DNA of 64,000 nucleotides from Octopus vulgaris (Eukaryota): NCBI GenBank assembly GCA_951406725.2, contig OX597831.1, positions 17,484,001 to 17,548,000 of the forward strand, read 5' to 3'. Shown piece by piece: positions 39,961 to 54,293 of this stretch (position 1 is its first letter; each line of letters starts with the position of its first letter). The notes under the pieces were generated by a model. It saw only the letters and a program-made list of their open reading frames with translations, ran no database searches and was not told where the DNA came from. The position numbers and the translations under genes were made by a program.

Positions 39961-40644
39961 TGACATGGTTACTCTTTGCAAATGCTTAATATAATGGCCC
40001 CTTGAATGAAAAAGAATAATTATATTTTAAATTCCAGAACGCTGAAGACATATTAAGACGCTCAGAATATATGCATGTCTCTGTGTGCACGCACACACAC
40101 ACACACTCACACGCACACACACACACACATACATATATATATATGTGCTGAGTATATGCTAATTGACAAAAAGACGTAGATGGGAGTCTAAGCAAGAGAA
40201 AATGTAAGGCTCCGGAATTGAGAGTCTTTTACAGTTCAAGCTTACGTTCTTCGACGGAAAGGAACGAAGAAACAAACAGGGGGAGAAAATATATAAGGTT
40301 TAATAGCGAACGATTTATCATAGTGAATGCCGGACAAAGGGTTCACTCTCTCCGTCTTCCCTTTCTCTTGGACTTTCATCTGTCCTCTGTTTCACACGAA
40401 GAGCTTTGCTTGAACGTAAAGCTATCTTTTTTCCCTTCCCTGAGCCTCTGCTAATGCGTTGCGTGTAACACGTCCTTGCGTTGTTGTGTGTTGTCTTCTT
40501 GTTTTGGGGTGGAATTAATTATGTCTGTTTACATACACATATTTATATATATATGTGTGTCCCTTTTTGTGTCTCTAGCACTACGCTTCCTTACTTGGAA
40601 GCCTTTTATTATATTTCTCTTTCTTTATATCTCTATATATATAT

Positions 40645-40713
<69 letters not shown>

Positions 40714-41141
40714 CAGTTAAAATAAAAACGAAAATAAATAGATAGCCTTTTATTCTAGGGTTAACCTTGATTCTCTTACTGTATCTTTTTCTACCGATAA
40801 CTTAAGACCCTCTCATAGTTTTCCTTAGATCTTCCTTTTCTCCTAACACCCACTATAAATTCTGGTGGCTTTCATTTGAAAGCAAGGTGTGGTCAACCTT
40901 ACAGTCTCTTAAGAATTTAATGTTTCTTCCACACTGACCTAGATTTTTGTCACCATAGAAATAGACTGACCTTTCTTTTTAGTGTCAATCTGTCTTTGTT
41001 CCTTGTACACCCCCAAAATCTTTTTCTCCTTCCGTTCTTTTCTCCAGCTAATCAGCTTCCTTGACCTACCCTAATACCATTCCTATCACTAAAGAAAGTT
41101 TTTCTTGCAACAGTTACATGCGAACTTAATCGTGGTCTGAC

Positions 41142-41432
41142 TGGCATCTTTCTTCATGTTTCCTGAAATTCATATCCACTACTTTATCGGTATATTTACC
41201 TTCTCTGGGAGGTCACTAATTAATTTGAGAACTTTACATTATTGGAAAGCATATATGAATTCAATCTTGATTTGCTTGGCATCTTGCTTCAAGTTCCTGA
41301 AACTCACATCTACAACATTATCGGTATATTTACACTCTCTAAGATGTTAGTAATTGATTTGAGAACTCTACATTATTGGAAAACCTATATGAAATTAGCT
41401 TAATATTACTTGGCATATTATATTTCCTGTAA
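41142..41432 (+). repeat. Diverged tandem repeat, ~135-bp unit, ~2.2 copies
   Basis: tggcatctt..ttcctgaaa..tatcggtatattta..tttgagaact.tacattattggaaa..tatatgaa recurs at 41,142 and 41,277, and partly at 41,411. Confidence 0.8.
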
Positions 41433-41461
41433 TATTTGCAGCTTTAATCAATTGTCATAGT

Positions 41462-41512
41462 ATGAAACAATTGTACTAAATTGCCGGATCCATTCTTGTT
41501 GCTAATTTTTTG

Positions 41513-41513
<1 letters not shown>
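41462..41513 (+). pseudogene. Candidate signal-peptide exon of copy B with in-frame TAA: MKQLY*IAGSILVANFL(G)
   Basis: ATG at 41,462 and a phase-1 donor G|gtatat that fits acceptor 41,705. The stop is at 41,477-41,479. Confidence 0.4.
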
Positions 41514-41586
<73 letters not shown>

Positions 41587-41704
41587 CTAATGTAAAATAT
41601 GAGGGCTTCTGCAATTCTTTCTGCTACCGATTTAAGTTAGACAGACAGTTTAAATTAAAGATCAAAATAGAGTCATGATTTAAAAATCTACTTTCTTATC
41701 CAAG

Positions 41705-41804
41705 GTGTATCAAGTATATGCACGCTGGACTTGTGTAAAAATGCCGCCGGCTATTATTGGTGCAACACTTATAACGACAATGCAGCCGTGCGCCCTGTCC
41801 ACGG
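41705..41804 (+). CDS. Exon 2 of the small Cys-peptide gene, copy B: VSSICTLDLCKNAAGYYWCNTYNDNAAVRPVH(G)
   Basis: A 100-bp exon, ccaag|...|gtaggt, with an open frame; paralog of 11,435-11,534. Confidence 0.72.
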
Positions 41805-42989
41805 GTAGGTATGAAAAAATTAACTACTTCACACGTTTTATATTCTGAATAAAAATCCATACACAATTACAGACCGTTTGCAGTAAAATTTTTAACGTAA
41901 TATCTGACAACACTCCGACCTTGGTATATTGATTTTACCTAACGTTACAAAGATTAATATGATTTAGAAGTGAACATGTAATCATAAAAATACAACGTAA
42001 TTTTGAAAGACTGAGGATGCGATTGGTTACATAGGAAAAAAAAGAAAGATTGGAATTGTCTGCTATTATTGGTAACATTAAAGGATCACGCTTGTTATCC
42101 AATATTCAAGCATCTAAATATGAGAAACCGAAACTCGGATTTAATCGTTGCCAATGAGTACGTATTTGGACGGATGACAATCTTTATGAAGAAGCATGCT
42201 TGATTGGGTCCTTAGAAAAACGGCAAAACCACGGAAAATATGTGTTTTGCATTAAGGTATGAAACCGAATATGCCGTTAAGAGACCGTTTTAGAACTGCT
42301 ACAGGATGTTTTGTGGTTGTTCATTTGAAAGATGTCGGTTTTCATTCTTGTTCCCCCGTCACTCATTAATATGAAGAACCGAAAAGCGAGGTTAAGCTTT
42401 GCCAAAGAGATCGTAATTTAGATGGATGACAATTGATTCTGTCTGTTCCTCAATGACAAATGCAAGATCAGTTTGTTTGCCTCCGGTAATAGGCAGACAT
42501 GAGACGGCTGATAAATGAAGGATTGCTCCCTAAATGCCTGAATATATGAGTGAAACTTTCAGTTAGGCTTATTATGGTATGGTGAATGGGTTCTACGGCA
42601 GGTGCTGGGCAATTTATCAGGGTCCATACTAATGTGAATGAATCATATATTGAATCATCCAACAAATTACGATAACAAATACTATTCTATATTTTCTGCA
42701 TAACGTATTACGTACATTATGTGCATTGGACAGATAGCTGTTCTCACCTCGTTTCTCGTTACTACAACGTCTTGATAGATGTACTTCCCAATATTCATCA
42801 GGGTTCTGGTGGAATTTAGAACCCTACTAATTCCGAAGCTATTATTGTTTCTGTTCCTTTTCTTAGTAGCGTGCGATCTTATCCACTTCGCTATATGCTC
42901 ATCGGCATTTATGGAGCGAGTTTGTGGGGCTTATAGGCCTAAACATTTTTTGTTTTCTTGATATCAGTATTAGGTCTGCTTAAATGTTT

Positions 42990-43200
42990 ACAGCGTCCGG
43001 ACGTAAGTTCTGCCAACATTTGAACCAGCCTTATTCTGATGGAAAAATACATCTCGTCATCTCGATTTTCTTCCAACGCTGACTTAAGCCCCTCGATTGC
43101 TTGCGATAGATGTCCTTTGTTATCGTAAGGTTTGGGCTTAAATCCTCACAGTGGAAATAAGCCTTTCAAACAGTAGGTAAAGTCCTTGTTTTTGTCGACT
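42990..43200 (-). mobile_element. Mariner-like transposase fragment
   Basis: The reverse complement reads EDLSPNLTITKDIYRKQ ... FFHQNKA, degenerate versions of mariner ELL...TI...Y..QL and HDNARPH. Confidence 0.45.
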
Positions 43201-43259
43201 ATGCATCATAGAAGCATCAATTCGGCTCCGGTTTTGAACAAAAGTGCATCATGATGCGA

Positions 43260-43900
43260 TTCACCTTCACAGGCATTGGGAAACGTTATACCGTATTGTT
43301 TGGCATTCGTAGCGTAAGGTGCAATGCACAACATTCAGTGTATGCGGGTGTGGTTCTGAGGACAGCGCATGTAATCAGTGTGACAAAATCAAACGTCATC
43401 GCGTTTGAAGTAATCACTAATCGTTGCAGCGTTATGCCTGCTTTCCCCTTCCCATTCGGCGTCAAACTCAACTCCAAGGCCTGTATCACGTGCCTGGTGG
43501 AGGTAGTGTAGCAGCGGGACAATAGGGTGTCTGCTGGAAGCAAGTATTCTAGCAACAGGACTCCACACCCTGCCATACAAGCAGGAGAAAACAATCATGG
43601 CAGCCTTAAGATTTCTCCGACAATATCTACTCCAACTTCAGGCCACACAACGCCTCAGCATGTAGCCTATATGATTATCATGTGTTTTGAGCTGTTGAGC
43701 GACAGACAAAAAGACAGAACTCCTTATAACACCCAATGAAGGGATTATGGCAGCATTGAACAACTTAACCAAGGACACATTCTAGAAAAGCGGCACGTGA
43801 TTCCAAGGTCACCAATGGCAATTATTATATTCAAGAAATGTACCCTTTGGCTTTTCAAGATATTTTCGTGTCAATTTGGGAAATTTATCTTCTAAAATGA
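43260..43900 (+). mobile_element. Decayed maT/DD37D-like transposase in intron 2 of copy B
   Basis: FPFGVKLNSKACITCLVEVV...RVSAG, QQDSTPCHTSRRKQSW and AVERQT..TPYNT. Mostly absent from the A copies. Confidence 0.7.
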
Positions 43901-44051
43901 GGGATCAGAATTAATTCCAGTTGTGTATAATTTAGACGTCCCTTTATTCACTCACACTGTATATATACATAGATACAGAACTGACTGCAATCAATGGACA
44001 CATCATAATATGCCGTTTTATTTTTTATTCTTTTCTTTTCATGTTTCTAAG

Positions 44052-44121
44052 GTTATTTGGCTACGTTACATTAACAGCTATTCTACAGACACAAATTATT
44101 TTAACGGAAACTGTTATATGA
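44052..44121 (+). CDS. Exon 3 of the small peptide gene, copy B: (G)LFGYVTLTAILQTQIILTETVI*
   Basis: ctaag| acceptor in phase 2, TGA at 44,119-44,121 and a downstream AATAAA. Confidence 0.72.
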
Positions 44122-44784
44122 GAAGAATATTATGATGAAACCGAGCCAATAAAAACTTTCTGGAGCTTAAAGAATGAAAAAGAGGCAATTATTTGAAGGA
44201 GGTGAAATATTATTGTACTAAAAAAAGAAAACTAATATTAGTTCAACTCATATGAATCGGCATCACGAGACAAATATTTTTGGAGAAACATTCGTGAAAA
44301 TATTAAACAGAGAAATATGATATTTTTTGCCAATTCAAATTAATTTTTATTATACTCTTTAATTTGTACTTATCAAAACATGTACATATTAAAACTATTT
44401 AACTAATTAAACATTAAAAACATTATTTGTATTATTTAGCATTTTCTATAATAAACATGATATAAAGAATATATACGTTTATGGTATATATATATTACTA
44501 TTTAACCTCTATGAATTTTTGGATTGATAAACTTCTAAGATTCAGCAAAACATTCAAAAACTATATATAATAGAAGGAATATTTTTCATTCATATAGTTA
44601 AATATATTTAATTATAATATTAGTAGTGTTCCATGCATTAAAACTGATTTGTCTAAAACAATTTACGGGAGCAATATATTTCCATAGTCTTAAGTATTGA
44701 ACCTGGATAAGTACAGAATAGCATTTAAGTCTGGAAACGAGCAAGATGAAAGTATAGTTCTATATTTAAGTGTTAGGGAATTGT

Positions 44785-44950
44785 GTATTATTTACATTAT
44801 TTATAATCGACGTTTATTTGTCCTTATCTTCTTTTTGTTGTGTATTGTTAACACAACGTTTCGGCTGATATACACTCCAACCTTCATTAGGTGTCTTGGG
44901 GGGTAACTTCGAGTCTGGTTTCTCACCCCTAAGGTATTTTTATGCTATCA
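44785..44950 (-). mobile_element. Hammerhead-like SINE tail, paralog of 13,915-14,065; core mutated to CTAATGA
   Basis: acacaacgtttcggctgatatacactccaaccttcattaggtgtc. Confidence 0.75.
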
Positions 44951-44980
44951 TTATTAATATTATTATTATGCTATTATTAC

Positions 44981-45044
<64 letters not shown>

Positions 45045-45059
45045 GTTGTTGTTGTTGTA

Positions 45060-45778
45060 ATGTTTTCCTTCTTTCTTCAAATTTTCTTCCGTTTCACGTT
45101 GAGTGTCATCCGTACACCTAAGGCAGAGTAGGGCATTGTATGCATTCCCAGATTACACACGCAAATTCACAGATAAAATATGTATGTAAAAATTAATAAA
45201 TAAATAAATTTATGGACGGATGTTATTTTCACAGTGATAGTGCTCTTCTGAGTACATGAGCCTCTCCAGTTAATACGATTTTTTACACTTCCTGTAGGGA
45301 TGGTAAGCCTGGAATCATTTTCAAATAGGTTTCAGTATCTTTTTTTACCATTCTTAGAGATCCTACAATCACTGGTACTGTAGTCGTCTTGAGATGCCAC
45401 ATTTCTTCAATTTCTATTAGCAGGTCTTTATATTTACTAATCTAGTCAAATTCTTTCGCCGCTATATTGTGTTCACAGGGAATACTCATGTCAATTAATA
45501 AACACATCCTTTTTGTCTGATCTTTTATAATAATATCCGGTTTATTAGATTTTATAGTCCTGTCGGTCTGCCCGGGGAAGTCCCATAGAATCGACACATA
45601 TACTTCCTCAGTCACAGCTTCAGGATGGTGTTTATACCATTTGTCAGTAGTTTTGATTTTATAATGCCGACATATTGTCCATTGTAATACTGGCCGACTC
45701 TGTCACGTCTTGCTTTATTTTCTGCAGGTCCTAAGACTCTACACCCTGAGATTAGGTGGTCTATTGTTTCAATCTTCA
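45060..45778 (-). mobile_element. R4/Dong LINE 3' fragment in (TTA)n
   Basis: The reverse complement reads IETIDHLISGC...RRDRVGQY...ILWDFP..TDRTIKSNKPDII..CLLIDMSIPC..SAHVLRRALSL*. Confidence 0.88.
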
Positions 45779-45824
45779 ATATTATTATAATAATTAATTT
45801 TTTTATTATTATAATTATTAGTAA

Positions 45825-47107
<1,283 letters not shown>

Positions 47108-47189
47108 TTTTTTTAATATTACTATTATTATTATTATTATTATTAATATTAATATTATTATTATTATTATTATATCCACTAAGTTCACT

Positions 47190-47231
47190 GTTTGATTCGA
47201 GGCAGTGACCCTAATAATAATAATAATGATG

Positions 47232-47306
<75 letters not shown>

Positions 47307-47505
47307 TTTAATAATAAAAATAATAATTACAACAACAACAACAACAACATAAAAAATACCCCAAGAATGAGAACCCAGGTTGAAAATTACCCTCAGACAC
47401 CTGATGAAATATGGATAGTATATTCATTTCAAACGTTGTGTTATCAACAAACAAGATGAGGACAAATATTTGTGAAATATAAATAATACTAATAACGTAA
47501 ATAAT
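47190..47505 (+). mobile_element. SINE, paralog of 19,565-19,810, 5'-truncated with an expanded (AAT)n
   Basis: tttgattcgaggcagtgacc-(AAT)n-gaacccaggt-agacacCTGATGAA...aaacgttgtgtt-acaaacaagatgaggacaaa. Confidence 0.75.
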
Positions 47506-48281
47506 ATAAGAAGAACATTAGCTGTCAATTTTACTGCTAAAGTTAAAATTTGTCAAGTAAATTTCTAAACTTATTATTTTTCTTGAGTGCAATGAATTGT
47601 TCTAAATATATCATTTGATTTCAAATGCAAATTTTAAAAATTGTTACGGATAATATATTTGATATAAATACGTATTTGTATTGAGCTTAAACTATTTTGC
47701 GAAATTAAATTTAAATGTTGAAGTGAATCGAATTGATTTTGTGTGTTTTTTAAATGGTTTAGAAACACTTTCCACCTTGCAATTGTATCTGTTTCAGCAC
47801 ACGATCTCATATCGAGTCACTTGCTGTGCAAATACATTTCTATGATTTTTGGTTTAGTTTTACTATTATATAAATATTTGTTTTAATTATAATTCAATTT
47901 CGAAATTCGTTATCAATTAATTTGAAATCCAGAATGCTGTGTTATTAAAAATGATATTTTATATTTGCAGTTACAAGAATATTAAACACATTAAAGATAA
48001 TAACGAATTTGTATGCAAAACGTAGAAAAACGTTAGTGTTTTAAAAAGAGGAATTTAGGGAATACAAGATTCAGTCAGGTTTAAATTTCTGTGATGGTAT
48101 TCTTCAATCGTTTATGTCGGTGATGTCAAATGTTTAATGTGTAATCTTCTATGTAATTAGACATTTTACTCCAAATATAAATAGATACATAAGTATTTTA
48201 ATTGAGATTTATTCGTAACAATAAGAATACCTGTATAAGCATAAGGAAATATTTAATATATTCAGGTGAATAATTGTAATT

Positions 48282-48935
48282 ATGGAAACTACTAAGTGTT
48301 AATCTGAGGAGTGTAGAAGGGAAGAAATATCAGATACGATACCGAAAATGATAGTACAGCCATCGTACACTGTACTATATTCTTTCTAAATCATCACTAA
48401 ATGGTTCACGGAAATATTACTGCAGCAGCGAAAACATATGTGTGTGGAATGCGTGGTAATACATATTCTGAATATTGTCATTGAACTAACCACAAATATA
48501 TTCGTGCAGCAAAGAAGGTAAATCACTGTGGAGTCATTTGCATTTCATTTCAGCGACATGATCAGTTAATTACTCACGTACCTATTCACAAGATTTTCGT
48601 AAACATATCAAAGTGATATCTGTAGTAAATCATTCGCTGGAAAATATGTCTTAACTAAATACGAACTGGAGAAAGACATTATCAATGAGATATTCCGTGG
48701 CAAGTCTAGCTCTCTGGAATTAAACGATGTACTCATAGAGGATTTCATACCGCACGACAAACCATAGCCCTGTGTATCTATGGTAAGTTGTTCTCATTAG
48801 GAAATACCTTAATGCTCACAATGGTATTCATACAGGAGACAAACCATATTCACGTGACATCTATGGTACATCATGCACTGAAAAATATATATCTTACGAA
48901 GTCTCAAACGTATACTTGCGATATCTGTGTGTCGA
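48282..48935 (+). pseudogene. Decayed C2H2 zinc-finger array gene
   Basis: Remnants TYQSDICSKSFAGKYVLTK and HNGIHTGDKPYSRDIYGTS are degenerate HTGEKPY-C-IC-KSF linkers, with stops and frameshifts. Confidence 0.75.
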
Positions 48936-51900
48936 CTGTGTAGAATCAACCACTAGAAGAGTATTCTTATAACAAACTTAGTTTGTGAAGTCTACTTTCC
49001 CCATGCTTAAATATCGTTTCTTCTTTACTTTTCCAGTTTTAACACAAGAATTGTATAGCATTGTGCACTGTTTACTTCATTTGTAGTTATATTTATATAA
49101 ATCTGAGTGTAGTGTATATATGTATGTATGCGGGGCTCATTATTTGTTATGCATATGTATTGCTGGTGAGTGTGTGCATGCATCTCTTTAGTGTGTGAAA
49201 CAGTGTTTCTACAAAATTTATATTTATTCATTTGTGATATATGTTAAATCCATTACATGAATTATTTCTTATTTAAACGTGTTAATTATATCGCTTTTAT
49301 CATAAGAAGTTCTTTTATTTCTCATATATCTACAAGTGTGAGTCAATGAATTATCATATTAAACCTGAAATAAATGAAATATAGCAGCACCTATGTTATT
49401 GTAATAACAACACATGTTACAATCAGTATAACTTTACTTATGACAATAATTTACAATTTTTCCTTATTTTCAATTTGAGGAAAGCCAATATTATCAGTAT
49501 AGTTATATGTTCGTTGATAACAACTTGATAACCGATGAGAAAAAACACCCGTGAAGTTAAAACGAAATTCTGAGCTTGGTAACATTATACAGAAATTCTG
49601 CCAAGAATATCCCGAGTAAATGGCTGGAAGCTTACAAGAAACAATGAAAAATATTTGTTCTTCATTGTTATTGTATCAATCCTTTAAAAATACGAAGTTA
49701 ATTAATTGGAAAAATTAAAAGCGTACAAAGACATTATCCCGAATGTCATAGATATTCAAATATGAGCAAAAACATAAAACGAAAAGGTTTCTCCAGAGAA
49801 ACTGAAAATTTAACACAGAGATAAACGAAGAAGACCATATATATAACACTCGATATATAGAATGATTAGCACAATGTAAATGACGTGATGCATAAGAACA
49901 CAGGAATACCATTGTGAAGGATGTCACGTAGAGCCACAAATATGTCAAACAACGTGGATTAAGTACATACGTCAATGCAACGTTCGAATTTGAAAATATT
50001 GGATTGGGAAGAATGTAATTTTGTTGGGGTTTTTTTAGTGTGAAATAAAAGTCAATTTATTCATAGAAAGTTTGAACTGAAATAAATTCCATATTTTCCA
50101 TTTTTATCAATGACCTTTTGCCATCTTTCTGGCATCGATTTCAGGGCATCATCGATATTGAAAGTTTTATCATTTCAAAAATGTGCAATCTTCGAAATAA
50201 ATGGTCACATGATGATGAAGGTTATGTGGGGAACGGAAGAGAATTCCAATCCTAGCTCCAATAAAGTTTCTTGTATGAGCAAAGATGTGTGTTGTCTAGT
50301 GTTGTCAAGGAGGAACGCGATTCCCTTAAGATACGCCAATTCTGAAATTTTTGTTTGATTCCTGCATCCAGCTGAATTGGTCGTTTGGTTCCTAGGAAGC
50401 AGATCAAAGTACACAATACTCTTGCGAACCCACCAAACTGACAGCATGACCAATTTTGGATGCAAATCAACTTCCGATGTTGCTAGTGCTGGTTCATTAC
50501 GCTTGGCCCATGATCCATTTAGATTGTTCTTTTTGCAGACTATCCTTGTTTCATCAGCAGAGATGATGTTTCAAAACAAATTGCAATTCATTGCATTCGA
50601 GAAGCATATTGAAAACACTGATTCCTTTTGTAAAATGAACCGCTTAATTAATTTTGAATTCCTCTGTTTCATACATTGAACCTCTCTCAAAATCACTCGC
50701 ACACTTATATGACAATCAGATTCAAATATGGCTTTCAATCTGTCATCATCATCGTTAGTAGGTTAACCAAAGCGTTGTTCAACTTTCAGTGAAAAATCTC
50801 CAGAACGGACATTTTAAATACATTTTGCGCATGTGCCAATTCTATTAAGCAAACAACACCATATAATGTTCAAATATCCCTTTGTGAACCTAGGCAACAG
50901 TCTTGCCTTTACAGAAATAAAAATGCAAAATATGACAAAAACTCCATATGTCCTAACGCTTGTTGCCACCTCCCCCCATTTTGTTAGAGCTGTGCAAAGA
51001 TGTAAGGGGATTATTATTAGAAGTAGAAGTAGTAGTAAACCTATGCTGATAATTATTATGATTTCTGTTATTAGTATTAATTTTATTTTCTTTCAATTAG
51101 TTTCCATTCATTGAAGAGTGTCTTCTAAACACCTAGACACTCACATTCGTAGCCAAAGTCACTCACATTCGTAGGCCATTGGAATAAGCACAACAGACTT
51201 TTCATTTACAAAGCCATGCGATAAAATAAAATAAAATGACAGAGGGGAGACGTTAAAAAGGAAAGATGACTACAGAAAGCAAATACGGGAGAAAAGGAAA
51301 GAAACATTGACAGCAGGAATGCTCTCGTCCGTACGTATGACGTACCATAAGAAAAGGTTTTGCAGCATTTATGGCAAACCAGGTGTCGTCTCCAAATAAT
51401 TCCGTGTTGTCTGCTTCATCATTCAAAATGCTCCTACAATTACGTGAAATGTACCCGTTTTGAGATACCACATTCTATAGATTACAATCAGTAAACTTTT
51501 GTATTTTCTAAGCTTCTCTAATTCCTTGCTTGGGATATTACGTTCACAATATACGCTCAACGCAATCAATAAAGATATTATATTATTTTGGGTTTCACTA
51601 CAATATACGGTTTTAAAGCGTTGATAGTCCGCTCTCTATGAACAGGAATGTCACAATGTATCGTTACATTTTCTCTCTCAGTTACAGACTCTAGATGATG
51701 CTTGTAACATTTGTCAGCAATGTCATTTTATAATAGTGACATATCGTTGCATTTTTATCACTTTGATTCTTCTTCATTTCTAATATTTTCGCCTGGCATT
51801 TCCCTGTTAATCATCTTTGAATTTGATCAGCTTAGATAAAGCCTTCACTTTCTACCTTTAGCCCTGATCTCGGGAGCTACTGATGGTTGTATTTCTTGTG

Positions 51901-52585
51901 TACATCATTGTGTTTGCTACGGGCCACATATTTTCCATGCCTATATTTTTGCTCCCACCTATCACTCATATGCCCTAACGCTTTTTTGCTTACCATTGAT
52001 TTAAACTTCTTTGCAGAAATTGTGGTTGCACTTCCATCATGCTTTTAGGTCTGGATTTTATGCATAAACTCAGTGAAGGTTTTGCTCTCTCTTCCATGGC
52101 AGAGTGAAACTTCTTACGTCTGAAGTGGATTTTAAGTGTTCTAGCATCACGCTGTTAATATTTCCAAGATATTATTCAGTCCAATTGTTGGGCTTTTGTA
52201 AGAGATTTCAAACTGGATCAATCCTAGACTTGCTTGGGCTCTAAGAAAGTTACAACTATGCTCGTCTGCCTTTGGTAGTTGCATCTTATTGCAAGTCATC
52301 ACATTAGAGGTTTTCCTATCTATCTACCATATTTCGCTGATATTCCATTTGAAACATTGGAAACTGTAAATAGCAACTGGAAATGTGATTACATTTATGC
52401 CTAGCCACTTGTACGTGGACTTAATTCGGATTAAGCTTATATCAGCTGGGGGGTATATCAGCCGAAACATTGTGTTAACAACAAACAAGATGAGGACACA
52501 TATCCGTCCAATGTGAATAACGTAAATGATGTAATAAAGTCTCATATTACGAATATTATTTATGAATATTACGAATATAAAATAT

Positions 52586-54293
52586 TACGGAGATGTACTC
52601 GCATAGCAAGTAATTTGATCTGAGATCGTGTGCTGAAACGAAAACAATTGCAGCGTGGGAGGTGTTAATAAGCCATTTAAGAAACACACAAAAGCCGTTC
52701 GATTCACTCCAACATTTAAGTTTAATTTGTCAAAATATTTTCGTCGCTAAAATCCGCGACCTGTTCACTGACAAAGTCCGTGCTGCATCTAAGAAAGTAA
52801 CAGTTAGTTCGTCATATATATGTATGTACGTATGTATGTGTGTATGTATGCATACATGTGTGTATGTATGTACTTATTCATGTCCGCACATACGCCTGTG
52901 TATGCATGTATGTATGTATGTATGTATGTATGTATGTATATATGTATGTGTGTGTATAAGCACGCACATACACTCTATAAAACATAAAGTTATAAACCTG
53001 TAGCGATGGATGGATGTAGAGTGACCACTCATCACAACGCTATCAAATTTCAACTCCCTACGGCCGAGGCTAGAAAGTGAATTTATGACGCTTGCTCACA
53101 AGAACTATACCCTAAAATCTATTATCAGATTTTTATCTCTATATCACAGAACTAATGTTTTACTATTGTTCGTATGTATGTATGTATGTGCGTATGTATG
53201 TATGTATGTATGTATGTATGTATGTATGTATGTATGTACATACGTACGCATGTGCGTATGTATGTATACGCGCCCGTATGCATGTGCCCATGTATGTGTG
53301 TGTGTACATGTACGTGCGTATGTACGTGTGTATGCCCATACGTAGGTATGTATGTATGTTTGTATTCATGTGCTACGTATGTATGTGAGTGTCTAGGAGA
53401 ATGGGCAGATGTGTCCGTGAGAGTGTGTACATGTGTATGTGTATGTGAGCGTATGTCCATGTACACATGCCAGTACACGAACATACGTTCACATACACAT
53501 ACACATGTACACACTCTCACGGACACATCTGCCCATTCTCCTAGACACTCACATACATACGTAGCACATGAATACAAACATACATACATACCTACGTATG
53601 GGCATACACACGTACATACGCACGTACATGTACACACACACATACATGGGCACATGCATACGGGCGCGTATACATACATACGCACATGCGTACGTATGTA
53701 CATACATACATACATACACACATACATACATACATACATACATACATACGCACATACATACATACATACGAACAATAGTAAAACATTAGTTCTGTGATAT
53801 AGAGATAAAAATCTGATAATAGATTTTAGGGTATAGTTCTTGTGAACAAGCGTCATAAATTCACTTTCTAGCCTCGGCCGTAGGGAGTTGAAATTTGATA
53901 GCGTTGTGATGAGTGGTCACTCTACATCCATCCATCGCTACAGGTTTATAACTTTATGTTTTATAGAGTGTATGTGCGTGCTTATACACACACATACATA
54001 TATACATACATACATACATACATACATACATGCATACACAGGCGTATGTGCGGACATGAATATGTACATACATACACACATGTATGCATACATACACACA
54101 TACATACGTACATACATATATATGACGAACTAACTGTTACTTTCTTAGATGCAGCACGGACTTTGTCAGTGAACAGGTCGCGGATTTTAGCGACGAAAAT
54201 ATTTTGACAAATTAAACTTAAATGTTGGAGTGAATCGAACGGCTTTTGTGTGTTTCTTAAATGGCTTATAAACACCTTCCACGCTGCAATTGT
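52586..54293. mobile_element. 1.7-kb palindromic insertion with 13-bp TSD, specific to A2
   Basis: Arms at ~52,645-53,456 and ~53,481-54,293 with a ~24-bp loop. GAATATAAAATAT is duplicated at 52,573-52,585 and 54,294-54,306 and is single at the empty site ~4,759-4,771. Confidence 0.93.

Noticed and set aside
41142-41432. CRISPR-like array
   Set aside because: It is a plain diverged tandem repeat with no repeat-spacer structure, no cas genes and a eukaryotic context.
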